Positions 52,509 through 62,560 of a stretch of 64,000 nt of DNA are shown piece by piece. The DNA lies in contig LNDZ01000029.1 of NCBI GenBank assembly GCA_001464495.1, forward strand, positions 15,455-79,454. Reading direction: 5' to 3'. The notes beneath the pieces were generated by a model. That model worked only from the letters and a program-made list of their open reading frames with translations, was not told the DNA's origin and made no database searches. The stretch is from Betaproteobacteria bacterium Ga0074130. GTDB taxonomy: Bacteria; Pseudomonadota; Gammaproteobacteria; Burkholderiales; Rhodocyclaceae. How positions within the stretch are numbered: the first letter of the stretch is position 1; each line of letters starts with the position of its first letter. The position numbers and the translations under genes are program-made.

Positions 52509-53032
52509 GCGCTCGCGCCCTTGCCGGCTTCTTGCTATGTGCCTTTGTTGCTAGCCAAGCGCAGGGGCAAGTCCGTTTCAAGAATTGGGAAGACCCAGAC
52601 GAAGAACCGTGGAAAGAAAGTGCTTACACGCTCCCTGCCTTTCCCCGCGAAGAGAATTTGATTGAGTTCTACGTTGGGCCTGCGGTAACTGGCAAGTATT
52701 ACATCGACCAAAGCACCATCGGTGCGGGTGGCAATGACAATGTGGTCCGCTATGCGATGGTGGTAAAGACCACTGGCGGGGCCACGAACATTAGTTACGA
52801 GGGTTTACGCTGCGATACCGGCGAGCTGCGTATCTACGCGACTGGCAGGGCCGATGGCACTTGGGTTGAGTCACGTCAAAGCGAATGGAGACCACTCAAG
52901 GCACAATCTCTAAATCGTCATCAAGGGGCACTTTTCGTTAACTACTTCTGTCCAAATCGTATTGCGGTGTGGACAGCCAAAGAGGGGCGCGAAGCGCTCA
53001 AGCGTGGTAGCCACCCAGACCTCGCCCGATAG
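52505..53032 (+). CDS. CNP1-like (cryptic neisserial protein 1) periplasmic/lipoprotein family protein
   Basis: It has a signal peptide, then ...[17 protein letters not shown]...[12 protein letters not shown]...R.YA.G..., which matches what I remember of the CNP1 family. It has an ATGA overlap with rppH. Confidence 0.55.
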   Translation: MSARALAGFLLCAFVASQAQGQVRFKNWEDPDEEPWKESAYTLPAFPREENLIEFYVGPAVTGKYYIDQSTIGAGGNDNVVRYAMVVKTTGGATNISYEGLRCDTGELRIYATGRADGTWVESRQSEWRPLKAQSLNRHQGALFVNYFCPNRIAVWTAKEGREALKRGSHPDLAR

Positions 53033-53042
53033 GAAGTCACAC

Positions 53043-53663
53043 ATGCTCGACCAAGCCATTATCGAATTCGACAAGGCTTTGCGTACGGTTTTTGCCTCCG
53101 CACCGACGGCACGCACACGCCCCGGCGCAGACCTCCCGGAGGCCGACCTGAGTCCGGCAGAAAAACAGCATGCCGGCGCGCTGATGCGCATCAATCATGT
53201 CGGCGAGGTATGTGCCCAGGCACTCTATCAAGGGCAGGCACTCACTTCACGCGACCCGGCCACGCGCGCGGCACTCGTTCAGGCCGCTTGGGAAGAAACC
53301 GAACACCTCAACTGGACCGAGAAACGCATTGAAGAACTGGGGGGGCGGAAAAGCCTCCTCAATCCCCTCTGGTATGCCGGCTCATTGGCCATGGGTATCG
53401 TTGCCGGGAAGTTCGGCGACAAATGGAATCTGGGCTTCCTTGCCGAAACGGAGCGTCAGGTAGGTGCGCACCTCACTGACCATTTGCAGCGCTTGCCGCA
53501 GAGTGATGAGCGCTCGCGTGCCGTGTTGCAACAAATGGCGCTAGATGAAGCCGAACATGCCGAGACAGCAGTTAAGCTCGGCGGTGCTGCTCTGCCCGCA
53601 CCAGTGAAGGCAGCCATGCAGCTCTCGTCAAAAATGATGACGAGTACTGCGTACTTTATCTAG
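53043..53663 (+). CDS. coq7: Demethoxyubiquinone hydroxylase Coq7 (di-iron carboxylate)
   Basis: It has repeated E-x-x-H di-iron motifs (EETEHL, DEAEHA), plus [18 protein letters not shown]. Confidence 0.8.
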   Translation: MLDQAIIEFDKALRTVFASAPTARTRPGADLPEADLSPAEKQHAGALMRINHVGEVCAQALYQGQALTSRDPATRAALVQAAWEETEHLNWTEKRIEELGGRKSLLNPLWYAGSLAMGIVAGKFGDKWNLGFLAETERQVGAHLTDHLQRLPQSDERSRAVLQQMALDEAEHAETAVKLGGAALPAPVKAAMQLSSKMMTSTAYFI

Positions 53664-53696
53664 CCCCTCTCGTTACGCTGCGACTGAGGACTGAGT

Positions 53697-54113
53697 TCAG
53701 GCCTCGACAACTTCCCAAGTATGCGTAATTTCGGCTGTCTTGCCTAGCATGATCGACGCTGAGCAATATTTCTCAGCAGATAGCTTGATAGCACGCTCTA
53801 CGGCTTCCGGCTTTAAGTTACGGCCCGTAACCGTGAAATGAAAGTTGATCCGGGTGAAAACCTTTGGGTCGGTGTCGGCACGGTCTGCCTGCAATTTGGC
53901 GGAACAACCGGTGATGTCCTGACGCCCGCGCTTGAGAATCAATACAACATCGTAGGCTGTGCAAGCCCCGGTACCCAGCAAGACCATTTCCATTGGCCGA
54001 GGCGCGAGGTTGCGCCCTCCCCCCTCAGGAGCGCCATCCATGGTGACCAGATGACCGCTGCCCGTCTCGGCAATGAAACTCATCCCTTCACCCCACCGCA
54101 CAACGCATTCCAT
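53697..54113 (-). CDS. osmC: OsmC/Ohr-family peroxiredoxin-like protein
   Basis: The segment APRPMEMVLLGTGACTAYDVVLIL, with a second Cys in EKYCSASIML, is the OsmC two-Cys pattern. I chose the start at 54113 because AAGGA lies 6 nt upstream. The start is uncertain (54113, 54119 or 54140). Confidence 0.7.
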   Translation of the reverse strand: MECVVRWGEGMSFIAETGSGHLVTMDGAPEGGGRNLAPRPMEMVLLGTGACTAYDVVLILKRGRQDITGCSAKLQADRADTDPKVFTRINFHFTVTGRNLKPEAVERAIKLSAEKYCSASIMLGKTAEITHTWEVVEA

Positions 54114-54390
54114 AACCATTCCTTTTGTCAGAAGCGTCATTCTAGCCTGAGTAAAGACAGCCTGAACAAGCCAAATTGCTGCGCCGCACAACCCCCACCT
54201 AAAAGCCTTCAAATCAAAGACTTTTATGCGACCATAATCAAGCGTTCATGGCCTTCATGATTTTTATAATCTTATGTTTTTATTAAATATAAGAAGGTAT
54301 AAAGATACCAACTTATGGGAATAAAAACATTTGTTGTGCAACGCACAAAAAAGACTTGCAGCCATTTTTTCTGTCTGCCACAATTCATAC

Positions 54391-54549
54391 AACCTGAATT
54401 CACGCAAGTATTTGCGTATCTTTCGTAACAGGTTGTTTGGCGGCTGCCACCACTGAACTTCCTTGCCTTGGCGTAATTCGCGGTTCTCCTCCACCCTCCT
54501 CCTCTGGTGTGGAACTCAAAGCGCAACCCTCGGGTTGCGCTTTTTCTTT
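54391..54549 (+). ncRNA. Candidate small RNA with tandem CU-rich (anti-Shine-Dalgarno) motifs
   Basis: A putative promoter (ttgcag 54356-61, 17 nt, cacaat 54379-84) precedes it.
- 5' stem 54389-96 pairs with 54429-36 and encloses the hairpin acgcaa-gtat-ttgcgt.
- CU-rich tract ucuccucc-a-cccuccuccucu lies at 54485-54505. The second motif sits in the loop of a ccaccc/ggtgtgg stem.
- Intrinsic terminator gcgcaacc-ctcg-ggttgcgc plus ttttt lies at 54521-54545.
- No ORF with an RBS is present.
- The 5' end is inferred only. Confidence 0.45.
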
Positions 54550-54673
54550 GTGGCAACCCGAGTGCTACCTTGCGCCCTAGGCCTAAGCTCAGCTAAACTA
54601 TTTCCGACAAAAACGATCAACTATTCGGGTGAGCCTCACCCGAATGGCCAGAACACTGAAAAGGAACGCAGCA

Positions 54674-54988
54674 ATGAGTGCACAAGACCGAATTCGTGAA
54701 ACCGTGACCGGCAACCCGGTTGTTCTCTATATGAAAGGAACGCCCCAGTTTCCGCAATGCGGCTTTTCCGCCAAGGCAGTTCAAATCCTCAAGGCGAGTG
54801 GCGTAAATAATCTGGTGACAGTGGATGTGCTGGCCGACCCGGAAATCCGCCAAGGCATCAAGGAATACGCCAACTGGCCGACGATCCCGCAGCTTTACAT
54901 TGGTGGCGAATTCATCGGCGGTAGCGACATCATGACCGAGATGTATGAGTCTGGCGAACTGCAACAGCAGATCTCCGACCTCAAGTAA
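54674..54988 (+). CDS. grxD: Monothiol glutaredoxin (Grx4/GrxD)
   Basis: The segment [17 protein letters not shown] contains the CGFS active site, followed by [19 protein letters not shown]. An AAGGAA RBS precedes the ATG at 54674. Confidence 0.9.
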   Translation: MSAQDRIRETVTGNPVVLYMKGTPQFPQCGFSAKAVQILKASGVNNLVTVDVLADPEIRQGIKEYANWPTIPQLYIGGEFIGGSDIMTEMYESGELQQQISDLK

Positions 54989-54994
54989 GTCGCT

Positions 54995-56287
54995 TTAGCT
55001 ACCGGTGCCGGCAACCCGATTCGAGGTTGCGGCAAGGCGCCGGGAGACGAGGCTGAGAAAGGCCTCGTAAAAATGCATACGGCATGCATCTGACGCATGC
55101 CGTAATGCATTGCGTGACGCGATTGCAACGCTCACGCTGGTCTGAGCCACGGCATCAGCGGTACGGCTATGTAGGGAGAGTGTATTGGCAGCAATCTCAC
55201 CAAAAATATCTCCGGGGCCAAGAATATCCAGTACCACACCCTGCTTGCTAATTCGTACCTCACCATCGAGCAGGATTACAAAAGTGTCGCCTACTTCACC
55301 TTCACGCATAAGTTGCGTGCCGACTGCAATATCTTCCCAGTGAGAAAAACGGACGATTTCCCAAATCTCAATATCCGAGAATTCAGTAAAAAATGGCAGG
55401 GCACGTAACATCTCGAACTTCTCAATGTCAGGAGTAGGTGCGCGGTCCGTGAGGCGGCGATTACGATAAGCCTGCGCTAGGTCAACCGAGAACTCCTCCC
55501 AGCTTTGATAGCGAGCAGAAAGGTCCTTCTGCATGGCGCGTTGAACAACCGCATCCAGCGATGAGCGCAAATCACTGCGGAAGGTCGAGGGCGGCGGCGG
55601 CGTGCTGTTGCAGATTTGATAGACCATGTTGTAATTGCTGCTCGCCTGAAAAGGCAGGCGGCCCGTCAGCAATTGGTACATGACCACACCAAGCGAGTAA
55701 ATGTCGGTCTGGTGGTTGAGCGGATGCTCGCGAACTTGTTCAGGCGACATGTAGGCTGGGGAACCTACTGCCGATACCTGCGTTTGATCGTTATCGGGCG
55801 TAATCGCCGCGCCGAAGTCGGACACCTTGATATCACCAGAAATATTGCCCGGCTGTACCAGCAGGATATTGGCCGGCTTGATGTCGCGGTGGGTGATCCC
55901 TAAGCGCTGCGCATACTGCAATGCACGGGTGCACTTGAAGATCACTTCAACCAGTGTTTCAACTGGCATCAAATGCTCGGGGCTGCAGAACGCCTCCAGC
56001 GTGCCGCCCGCCACATACTCCATGACAATGTAGCTTTGCTCTTCATCGTGCAACACGGCTTCGTGGATCTGCACAATGCTCGGATGATCAAGCTTGCCTG
56101 CCAGCGAGGCCTCGTTCATCAACAGATGCCGGTACATCAGCCCGCGCTCGCGGTCCTTGAGCACATGCGGGTAGATAACTTTGATGGCAACGTCACGCTC
56201 ATGCTCCGGGTCATAGCCCAGATAGACAATGCTGGTCGCACCTTCTCCCAGCCTGCCTTTGATTTCGTAACGGCCTATCGTTTCCAT
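54995..56287 (-). CDS. Hanks-type Ser/Thr protein kinase fused to a C-terminal cyclic-nucleotide-binding (CAP_ED) domain
   Basis: The kinase motifs are GEGATSIVY, AIKV, HRDIKPANILL, DFGAA and GSPAYMSPEQ. The C-terminal cNMP-binding motifs are GDIFGEIA and SRTADAVA. The ATG at 56287 lies 4 nt after the argH stop. Confidence 0.8.
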   Translation of the reverse strand: METIGRYEIKGRLGEGATSIVYLGYDPEHERDVAIKVIYPHVLKDRERGLMYRHLLMNEASLAGKLDHPSIVQIHEAVLHDEEQSYIVMEYVAGGTLEAFCSPEHLMPVETLVEVIFKCTRALQYAQRLGITHRDIKPANILLVQPGNISGDIKVSDFGAAITPDNDQTQVSAVGSPAYMSPEQVREHPLNHQTDIYSLGVVMYQLLTGRLPFQASSNYNMVYQICNSTPPPPSTFRSDLRSSLDAVVQRAMQKDLSARYQSWEEFSVDLAQAYRNRRLTDRAPTPDIEKFEMLRALPFFTEFSDIEIWEIVRFSHWEDIAVGTQLMREGEVGDTFVILLDGEVRISKQGVVLDILGPGDIFGEIAANTLSLHSRTADAVAQTSVSVAIASRNALRHASDACRMHFYEAFLSLVSRRLAATSNRVAGTGS

Positions 56288-56291
56288 GGCG

Positions 56292-57689
56292 TTAGAGTTC
56301 GCTGCGGCGGCGTGCAATGGCGGCACGCACCTGCTCAGGTGCGGTTCCGCCGATGTGATTGCGCGAAGCCAGTGAACCTTCAACGGTTAACACGGCAAAC
56401 ACATCATCTGTAGTCAACGGCGAGAATGCTTGCAGCTCAGCCAGAGACAATTCCGATACGTCGCAACCCTTTTGTTCGGCAGCACGCACGGCACGCGCGA
56501 CAGCCTCGTGCGCATCGCGGAAGGGCAAGCCCTTCTTGACCAGATAGTCGGCCAGATCGGTTGCCGTGGCAAAACCCTGATTCAACGCTGCACGCATATT
56601 GGCGGCCTTGACCGTAATACCCGGCACCATGTCGGCAAAGATGCGCAGCGTATCGATCACGGTATCTGCGGTATCGAATAACGGCTCTTTGTCTTCCTGA
56701 TTGTCCTTGTTATAGGCCAGCGGCTGCCCCTTCATCAGGGTGAGCAGACCCATCAAGTGCCCATACACACGGCCAGTCTTGCCGCGTGCAAGTTCCGGCA
56801 CATCCGGGTTCTTCTTCTGCGGCATGATCGATGAGCCGGTACAGAAGCGGTCCGCGATATCGATAAAGCCGACACGCGGGCTCATCCACAAAATCAGCTC
56901 TTCGGAGAAGCGTGAAATGTGCAGCATGATCAGCGAAGCGGCGGCGGTGAATTCAATCGCAAAATCACGATCTGACACAGCATCAAGCGAGTTCTCGCAT
57001 ACGCCATCAAACCCAAGTTCTTGTGCCACGAATTCGCGGTCAATCGGATAGCTGGTGCCCGCCAGCGCAGCTGCGCCAAGTGGCAGACGGTTCACGCGCT
57101 TGCGAGCATCCTTGAGGCGCTCACGATCACGCTTAGCCATCTCCACATACGCCAGCAGATGGTGGCCGAAGGTTACCGGTTGGGCAACCTGCAGATGCGT
57201 GAAGCCCGGCAAGGGGGTTGCGGCATGCTGCTCAGCCAAGTTCAAAAGTGATGCTTGATAGTTAGACAGCAGACCGTCGATCAGATCAATCGTGTCACGC
57301 AGCCACAGGCGAATATCTGTAGCCACTTGGTCATTCCGCGAACGCCCCGTGTGCAGGCGTTTGCCGGCATCACCGACCAGCGCAGTCAGGCGTTTTTCGA
57401 TATTGAGATGCACATCTTCGTCATCCAGATTCCACTGGAATTCACCACGTTCGATCTCACCGCGCACTTGCGCCAGCCCTTGCTGGATGGCGCTTAGGTC
57501 AGCCGCAGAAATGATGTTCTGCTTGCCCAGCATGGTCGCATGCGCCAGCGAGCCGCGAATATCCTGCAGCGCCATGCGCTGATCAAAGAAGACCGAGGCG
57601 GTGTAGCGCTTAACCAGATCCGACACAGGCTCAGAGAAGCGGCCGGACCAAGCCTTGTTTTCAGCAGCGTTTTTTGATTGTTCTGTCAT
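56292..57689 (-). CDS. argH: Argininosuccinate lyase
   Basis: The motifs are WSGRFSEPV, the fumarate-lyase signature [12 protein letters not shown], and [12 protein letters not shown]. Confidence 0.9.
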   Translation of the reverse strand: MTEQSKNAAENKAWSGRFSEPVSDLVKRYTASVFFDQRMALQDIRGSLAHATMLGKQNIISAADLSAIQQGLAQVRGEIERGEFQWNLDDEDVHLNIEKRLTALVGDAGKRLHTGRSRNDQVATDIRLWLRDTIDLIDGLLSNYQASLLNLAEQHAATPLPGFTHLQVAQPVTFGHHLLAYVEMAKRDRERLKDARKRVNRLPLGAAALAGTSYPIDREFVAQELGFDGVCENSLDAVSDRDFAIEFTAAASLIMLHISRFSEELILWMSPRVGFIDIADRFCTGSSIMPQKKNPDVPELARGKTGRVYGHLMGLLTLMKGQPLAYNKDNQEDKEPLFDTADTVIDTLRIFADMVPGITVKAANMRAALNQGFATATDLADYLVKKGLPFRDAHEAVARAVRAAEQKGCDVSELSLAELQAFSPLTTDDVFAVLTVEGSLASRNHIGGTAPEQVRAAIARRRSEL

Positions 57690-57754
57690 AATGAAAATTC
57701 TTGTGCGGCAGTGGGTTGCAGCAATTAATTAAGCGATTTTCTACCATATCGCCG

Positions 57755-58780
57755 ATGAATCCAACAAGTATACGGCATAAGCCCTTCGCGACCGCCCTAC
57801 CGGACTTCCGCAATCTGGGGGTCTGGTTGCGTATTTTGCTGGGCGTGAACCTGCTGGCATTGCTGTGGGTGCTCGCCCGCAACCAGTCCTGGCCGCGCCT
57901 CGCTGACGAGTTTGTGGACACCGCCCTGTGGGTCGAGCCGCCTCTATTCGTTTTGCTGCCGCTGTTCCACTTGCTTAACCCGTGGCTTGAGAAGCTGTCG
58001 TTGCGGCATGGACGTCTGACTGTATTGCTACTGGTGCTACTTGTTGTCGGCGTACAACATGCCGCCTTTGGTAGCCTGTTTGGCGACCTGATGGAGGTGC
58101 GAGGCCCCTTGCATGCCATGTTGTGGGCGGGATTAGCCTGCATCTTCATGCTTGGCTATTTTGCTTGGCTGAACACGCTTTACTCACCTGCACTGGCCGA
58201 GGCACGTCTGCTCGCGCTGACCGCGCGCATTCGCCCTCACTTCCTCTACAACAGCCTGAACGCCGTACTTGGTGTGATCCGCCACGACCCCAAGCGCGCG
58301 GAAGCGGCATTGGAAGAGCTGTCTGACCTGTTCCGTGTATTGATGCAGGAAAATCGCGAGCTGGTACTACTCTCCGATGAAATTTCGCTCGCTCGCCAAT
58401 ACCTTGAACTAGAACGTTTACGCCTAGGCGAGCGGTTGCAGGTCGATTGGCAGATCGATTGCTGCCCACCCGACACGTTGATGCCACCACTGATGTTGCA
58501 ACCCCTGCTCGAAAACGCCGTTTATCACGGCGTAGAGCCGGCCGATGGCGGCGCCACAATCACCGTCAATATCTCGGCCGAAGGCCCACGTATTCGGATC
58601 ATGATTACGAATCCGACACATAGCGTCGGCCATCAGTCTGGCAACCAAATGGCATTGGCGAATATCCGTGAACGTCTGATGCTCTTCTACGACCTAGAGG
58701 CGCGCTTAGAGACGCATGAAACACATGGTCGTCATGAGGTGCTCATTGAGTTGCCACACCGCCGTCAGGCCCGCTCATGA
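57755..58780 (+). CDS. algZ: LytS/AlgZ(FimS)-type sensor histidine kinase
   Basis: There are about 4 N-terminal TM segments. The His_kinase (PF06580-like) region is RIRPHFLYNSLNAV and the N-box is LLENAVYHG. The gene sits upstream of a LytTR regulator. The start is uncertain (57701 or 57755). Confidence 0.7.
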   Translation: MNPTSIRHKPFATALPDFRNLGVWLRILLGVNLLALLWVLARNQSWPRLADEFVDTALWVEPPLFVLLPLFHLLNPWLEKLSLRHGRLTVLLLVLLVVGVQHAAFGSLFGDLMEVRGPLHAMLWAGLACIFMLGYFAWLNTLYSPALAEARLLALTARIRPHFLYNSLNAVLGVIRHDPKRAEAALEELSDLFRVLMQENRELVLLSDEISLARQYLELERLRLGERLQVDWQIDCCPPDTLMPPLMLQPLLENAVYHGVEPADGGATITVNISAEGPRIRIMITNPTHSVGHQSGNQMALANIRERLMLFYDLEARLETHETHGRHEVLIELPHRRQARS

Positions 58781-59544
58781 ATCCCTTGCGCATCCTTATC
58801 GTTGACGACGAAGCCCCGGCACGCAGCCGGCTCCGCGACCTGCTCTCCGATCTCGCCATCAGCGTACCGAACCAGATCATTGCTGAAGCAGCCGACGGTG
58901 TGGCGGCAATGGAAGCCTGCGCCGAAGAACGCCCGGATATCGTGCTCACCGATATTCGCATGCCACGCATGGATGGCCTTGAGCTAGCCCAACATCTAGG
59001 GCGCCTGCCACAGCCGCCGGGGCTGATTTTCATCACTGCCTTTGATCAATACGCCGTCAAGGCCTTTGAATTGGCGGCCCTCGACTATCTCCTCAAGCCG
59101 GTCCGCTCGGTGCGGCTGGCTACTGCACTTGAGAAGGCGCGGCACTCGGTACTGCGCAGTGAGCAGCTGCAATTGCTTTCGCCGCATGGTCGGAGTCTGC
59201 TCCGCAGCACAGAGCGTGGGCGCAGCCTGCTGGTAGCGGTAGCGGATATCGATTTTCTGCGTGCAGAGCAAAAGTATGTGACGGCACATACCCGCGAGCG
59301 TGAGTACCTACTCGAAGAATCGCTCAACCAACTCGAGCTCGAATTTGGCGAACTCTTCGTGCGTGTCCATCGCAACTGTCTGGTGGCCAAGAAAGCCATC
59401 ACCGGCTACGAACGTAGCGAACGGGATGCTGAAAGTGGTGAAGGGAGCGACACCCAGTGGTTATTGCTGCTCAATGGTGTGAGCGAAAAAATCCCGGTGA
59501 GTCGGCGCCAGTGGCCACAGGTCAAGGCACTGCTCAAGGTGTAA
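58777..59544 (+). CDS. algR: LytTR-family response regulator (AlgR-like)
   Basis: The receiver has ILIVDDE and VLTDIRMPRMDG. The C-terminal LytTR DNA-binding domain reads FLRAEQKYV...VRVHRNCLV. It has an ATGA overlap with the kinase gene. Confidence 0.8.
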   Translation: MNPLRILIVDDEAPARSRLRDLLSDLAISVPNQIIAEAADGVAAMEACAEERPDIVLTDIRMPRMDGLELAQHLGRLPQPPGLIFITAFDQYAVKAFELAALDYLLKPVRSVRLATALEKARHSVLRSEQLQLLSPHGRSLLRSTERGRSLLVAVADIDFLRAEQKYVTAHTREREYLLEESLNQLELEFGELFVRVHRNCLVAKKAITGYERSERDAESGEGSDTQWLLLLNGVSEKIPVSRRQWPQVKALLKV

Positions 59545-59566
59545 CGTTTAGATGAACCAAGGACAA

Positions 59567-59597
59567 TAAAAAAGGGAGGCAACGCCTCCCTTTTTTA
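59567..59597. terminator. Bidirectional rho-independent terminator (algR and ppc)
   Basis: The sequence is aaaaaaa-gggaggc-aac-gcctccc-tttttt, lying between two convergent stops. Confidence 0.75.
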
Positions 59598-59619
59598 TTG
59601 TTGTGAACGTCAACGTCGA

Positions 59620-62385
59620 TCAGCCGCTATTCCGTAAGCCCGCGGCAATACCGTTAATGGTCAGATGAATGATGCGCTGGGTACGCTCATCGGTTTCACC
59701 TGTGCGGTGACGTTCCAGCAGCTCGATCTGGAGATGGTTGAGCGGATCGAGATAGGGGAAGCGATTGCGGATCGAACGCGCCAGCAGCGGGTTGGTTTCC
59801 AACAAGGCGTTCTGTCCGGCGATTTCAAGCAGTGCATTGATACTACACGCCCACTCGGTCTTGAGGCGCGGGAAGATCGCGTCACGCAGTGCTTCGTCCT
59901 TGACCATCTGCGAGTAACGCTCAGCAATGGCGATATCGCTCTTAGCCAACACCATGTCCATGTTTGACAACAGCGCGGCGAAGAAACCCCAGCTCTTGTA
60001 CATCTCGCCGAGGAGTTGCATGCCCGCTTCACCCTTGGCGGCACGCCAGGCAGTGATAGCAGAACCGAAGCCGAACCAGCCCGGCAGCATCAAACGGCAT
60101 TGCGACCACGAGAACACCCAGGGAATTGCGCGCAGATCTTCGATGGCGGTGGTTTTCTTCCGCGATGCCGGACGGCTACCAATGTTCAGCGCGGAAATTT
60201 CGCTGATGACAGTGGACTGCCAGAAATACTGCTCGAAGCCCGGCGTCTCATAGACGATGTTGCGGTATGCCTTGAACGCCTCAGCCGACAGGAACTGCAT
60301 GGCCTCGATAAACTCGGGGCGAGGATCGTCGTGCTCATGCGGCAGCAGTGTGGCTTCCAGCGTCGCTGAAGCAAGGATTTCCAGATTACGGCGACCGAGC
60401 TCCGGATTCGCATACTTCGACGCGATCACTTCGCCTTGCTCGGTAATGCGAATACGTCCTTGCACGGCACCTTGGGGCTGGGCAAGAATGGCCTGATAGC
60501 TGGGGCCGCCACCGCGACCGACCGAACCACCGCGGCCGTGGAACAGGCGCAAGGCAACACCATGTTTCTTGAAGACATCGACCAGCGCGTTTTCAGCCTG
60601 ATACAAGGACCAGCCCGAGGTCATGAAACCGCCATCTTTGTTGCTATCGGAATAGCCAAGCATGCACTCCTGTACGTTGCCGCGCGACTCAAGCAGACAA
60701 CGATAGACGGGCAGGCTGAAGAGCGCATCCATAACCGGGCCGCTACGCTCAAGATCACCAATGGTTTCAAACAGCGGAATGATATTGACGTCGAGCACAC
60801 CCTCTTGTGGCCGCAGCATGCCAGCTTCCTTCAGGAGGACGGCCACTTCCAATACGTCGGACACGCCATCCGCCTTGGAGATAATCACATTCTCGATGGC
60901 TGCCTTGCCGAAACGTTCATGAATCTGGCGGGCGGTCTGGAAAATCTTCAACTCGTCAGCCGTCTCTTCGCTGTACTGCGCATACGGCGAGGACAGCGGT
61001 CGTGGCGAACTGATTTCGGCAATCAGCAGTTCGATGCGGGCGGCTTCGTCGAGCGCCGCATAGTCGGTGCCGGGGCGGGCGACCGCGAGCAACTCACCCA
61101 CCGTGCGGGCATGTACATCGGAGTTCTGACGAAGGTCTAGGGAGGTCAAGTGGAAGCCGAAAATCGATACGGCACGACGCAAACGACGTAGTCGGCCACG
61201 GCTAATCAGCACCGAACGATCGGCCACCAAGGAGTCATGAATGACATCGAGGTCGCGCTTGAACTCGGCCACATCGGCATAGGGTTCGGCAATTGGGACA
61301 CCATTCGGCGGAGGAATGTCATCCAGCAGCTGCGCGGTCGCGCATAGGCGGGCATACATGCCGGCGACAGCCAAACGGTAAGGCTCGGTTTCGCGATGCG
61401 GGCTGGTTTCCGTGGATTTGTCAGCCAGTGCCTGTAGGTCGGGGGTGATGTCGATTAAGCCGGCCGCAGCAGACAACTCCGAACTCAGCTTTTTGAGTTG
61501 AGGAATGTAGAAGTCCATCGCGCGGCGACTCTGCGCACGTACAGCTTCGATCAACACTGAAGCAGTCACGAAGGGGTTGCCATCGCGGTCCCCGCCGATC
61601 CATGAACCCGGGCGCAGGAAAGGCGCCAGTTCAGGCGTACGGCCACTCTGTTTCCAGTTCGGCACAGACTTGGCCAGATGGTCTTCGAGATCGCTGTACA
61701 ACAGCGGCAGTTGCTTGAGGAACGTGGTGTCGTAATAGGTGAGGGCATTCGACACCTCATCCATCACCGACAATTTGGTCCGGCGCAGCAGGCGCGTCTG
61801 CCACAGCGTCAGCACTTCACGACGCAGCATTTCCTCGCGCGTGCTCAGCTCCTCGGCGGTCAGCAGGGTGCGGTCGCGCTCTTCAAGCACGCTGGCAATT
61901 GCCCACTGACAATCCAGAATACTCTTGCGTTGCACTTCGGTCGGGTGGGCGGTGAGTACCGGGCTCACCAATGCGGTGCTGAAAAATTCGTTCAACCCCT
62001 TGGCATCCACACCGCTGTCCATGGCACGCTTCAAGGTGTATTGCAGTTCTCCTTCACGTGGCGGTGAGCCGGCTAGCGCGTGCGCACGGCCGCGGCGGAT
62101 GTGGTGCTGGTCCTCGGCGATGTTGGCGAGATGCGAGAAATAGCTGAAGGCGCGTACGACCTGACTGGTTTCTTCCAGCGACAGGGCATCGAGCACAGCG
62201 ACCAGCTCGCGGCGGGCATCGCTATCGTCATTGCGGTGATAACGCAGGGAAAGCTGGCGGATCTTTTCGATCGTATCGAAGGTGGCATCGCCCTCGCGTT
62301 CGCGCACGGTTTCGCCGAGCAGACGACCGAGTAGGCGAATGTCTTCGCGCAGGGGCTGATCCTTGTCGAGGGTATCGTTACTCAT
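59620..62385 (-). CDS. ppc: Phosphoenolpyruvate carboxylase
   Basis: The motifs are [12 protein letters not shown], the C-terminal [14 protein letters not shown], and the terminal ...GLRNSG. The ATG at 62385 is preceded by AAGGA. ORF 59620..62421 extends 12 codons further upstream. Confidence 0.9.
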   Translation of the reverse strand: MSNDTLDKDQPLREDIRLLGRLLGETVREREGDATFDTIEKIRQLSLRYHRNDDSDARRELVAVLDALSLEETSQVVRAFSYFSHLANIAEDQHHIRRGRAHALAGSPPREGELQYTLKRAMDSGVDAKGLNEFFSTALVSPVLTAHPTEVQRKSILDCQWAIASVLEERDRTLLTAEELSTREEMLRREVLTLWQTRLLRRTKLSVMDEVSNALTYYDTTFLKQLPLLYSDLEDHLAKSVPNWKQSGRTPELAPFLRPGSWIGGDRDGNPFVTASVLIEAVRAQSRRAMDFYIPQLKKLSSELSAAAGLIDITPDLQALADKSTETSPHRETEPYRLAVAGMYARLCATAQLLDDIPPPNGVPIAEPYADVAEFKRDLDVIHDSLVADRSVLISRGRLRRLRRAVSIFGFHLTSLDLRQNSDVHARTVGELLAVARPGTDYAALDEAARIELLIAEISSPRPLSSPYAQYSEETADELKIFQTARQIHERFGKAAIENVIISKADGVSDVLEVAVLLKEAGMLRPQEGVLDVNIIPLFETIGDLERSGPVMDALFSLPVYRCLLESRGNVQECMLGYSDSNKDGGFMTSGWSLYQAENALVDVFKKHGVALRLFHGRGGSVGRGGGPSYQAILAQPQGAVQGRIRITEQGEVIASKYANPELGRRNLEILASATLEATLLPHEHDDPRPEFIEAMQFLSAEAFKAYRNIVYETPGFEQYFWQSTVISEISALNIGSRPASRKKTTAIEDLRAIPWVFSWSQCRLMLPGWFGFGSAITAWRAAKGEAGMQLLGEMYKSWGFFAALLSNMDMVLAKSDIAIAERYSQMVKDEALRDAIFPRLKTEWACSINALLEIAGQNALLETNPLLARSIRNRFPYLDPLNHLQIELLERHRTGETDERTQRIIHLTINGIAAGLRNSG

Positions 62386-62560
62386 TGCTTTCCTTCGCGC
62401 CGGGCTATCCGGCCTAGTCAATTCAAAACCGATCAGCCGAGCACTGCATCACTGATGCACGACATGGGCAAAAAATGGCGCCATGCTAGAATCGACGCCA
62501 CTTTACAGCTGACGGCACGCATGCTGCCAGCCATTTTCCATCCAGTCCGAGAATCCCTCC

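Noticed and set aside
54262-54300. A Fur box in the AT-rich region upstream of the candidate sRNA, which would suggest an iron-regulated sRNA like NrrF, PrrF or BrrF.
   Set aside because: The best alignment I could make to the 19-bp Fur consensus GATAATGATAATCATTATC matches only about 9 of 19 positions. AT-richness alone explains that, so I do not call it a Fur site.
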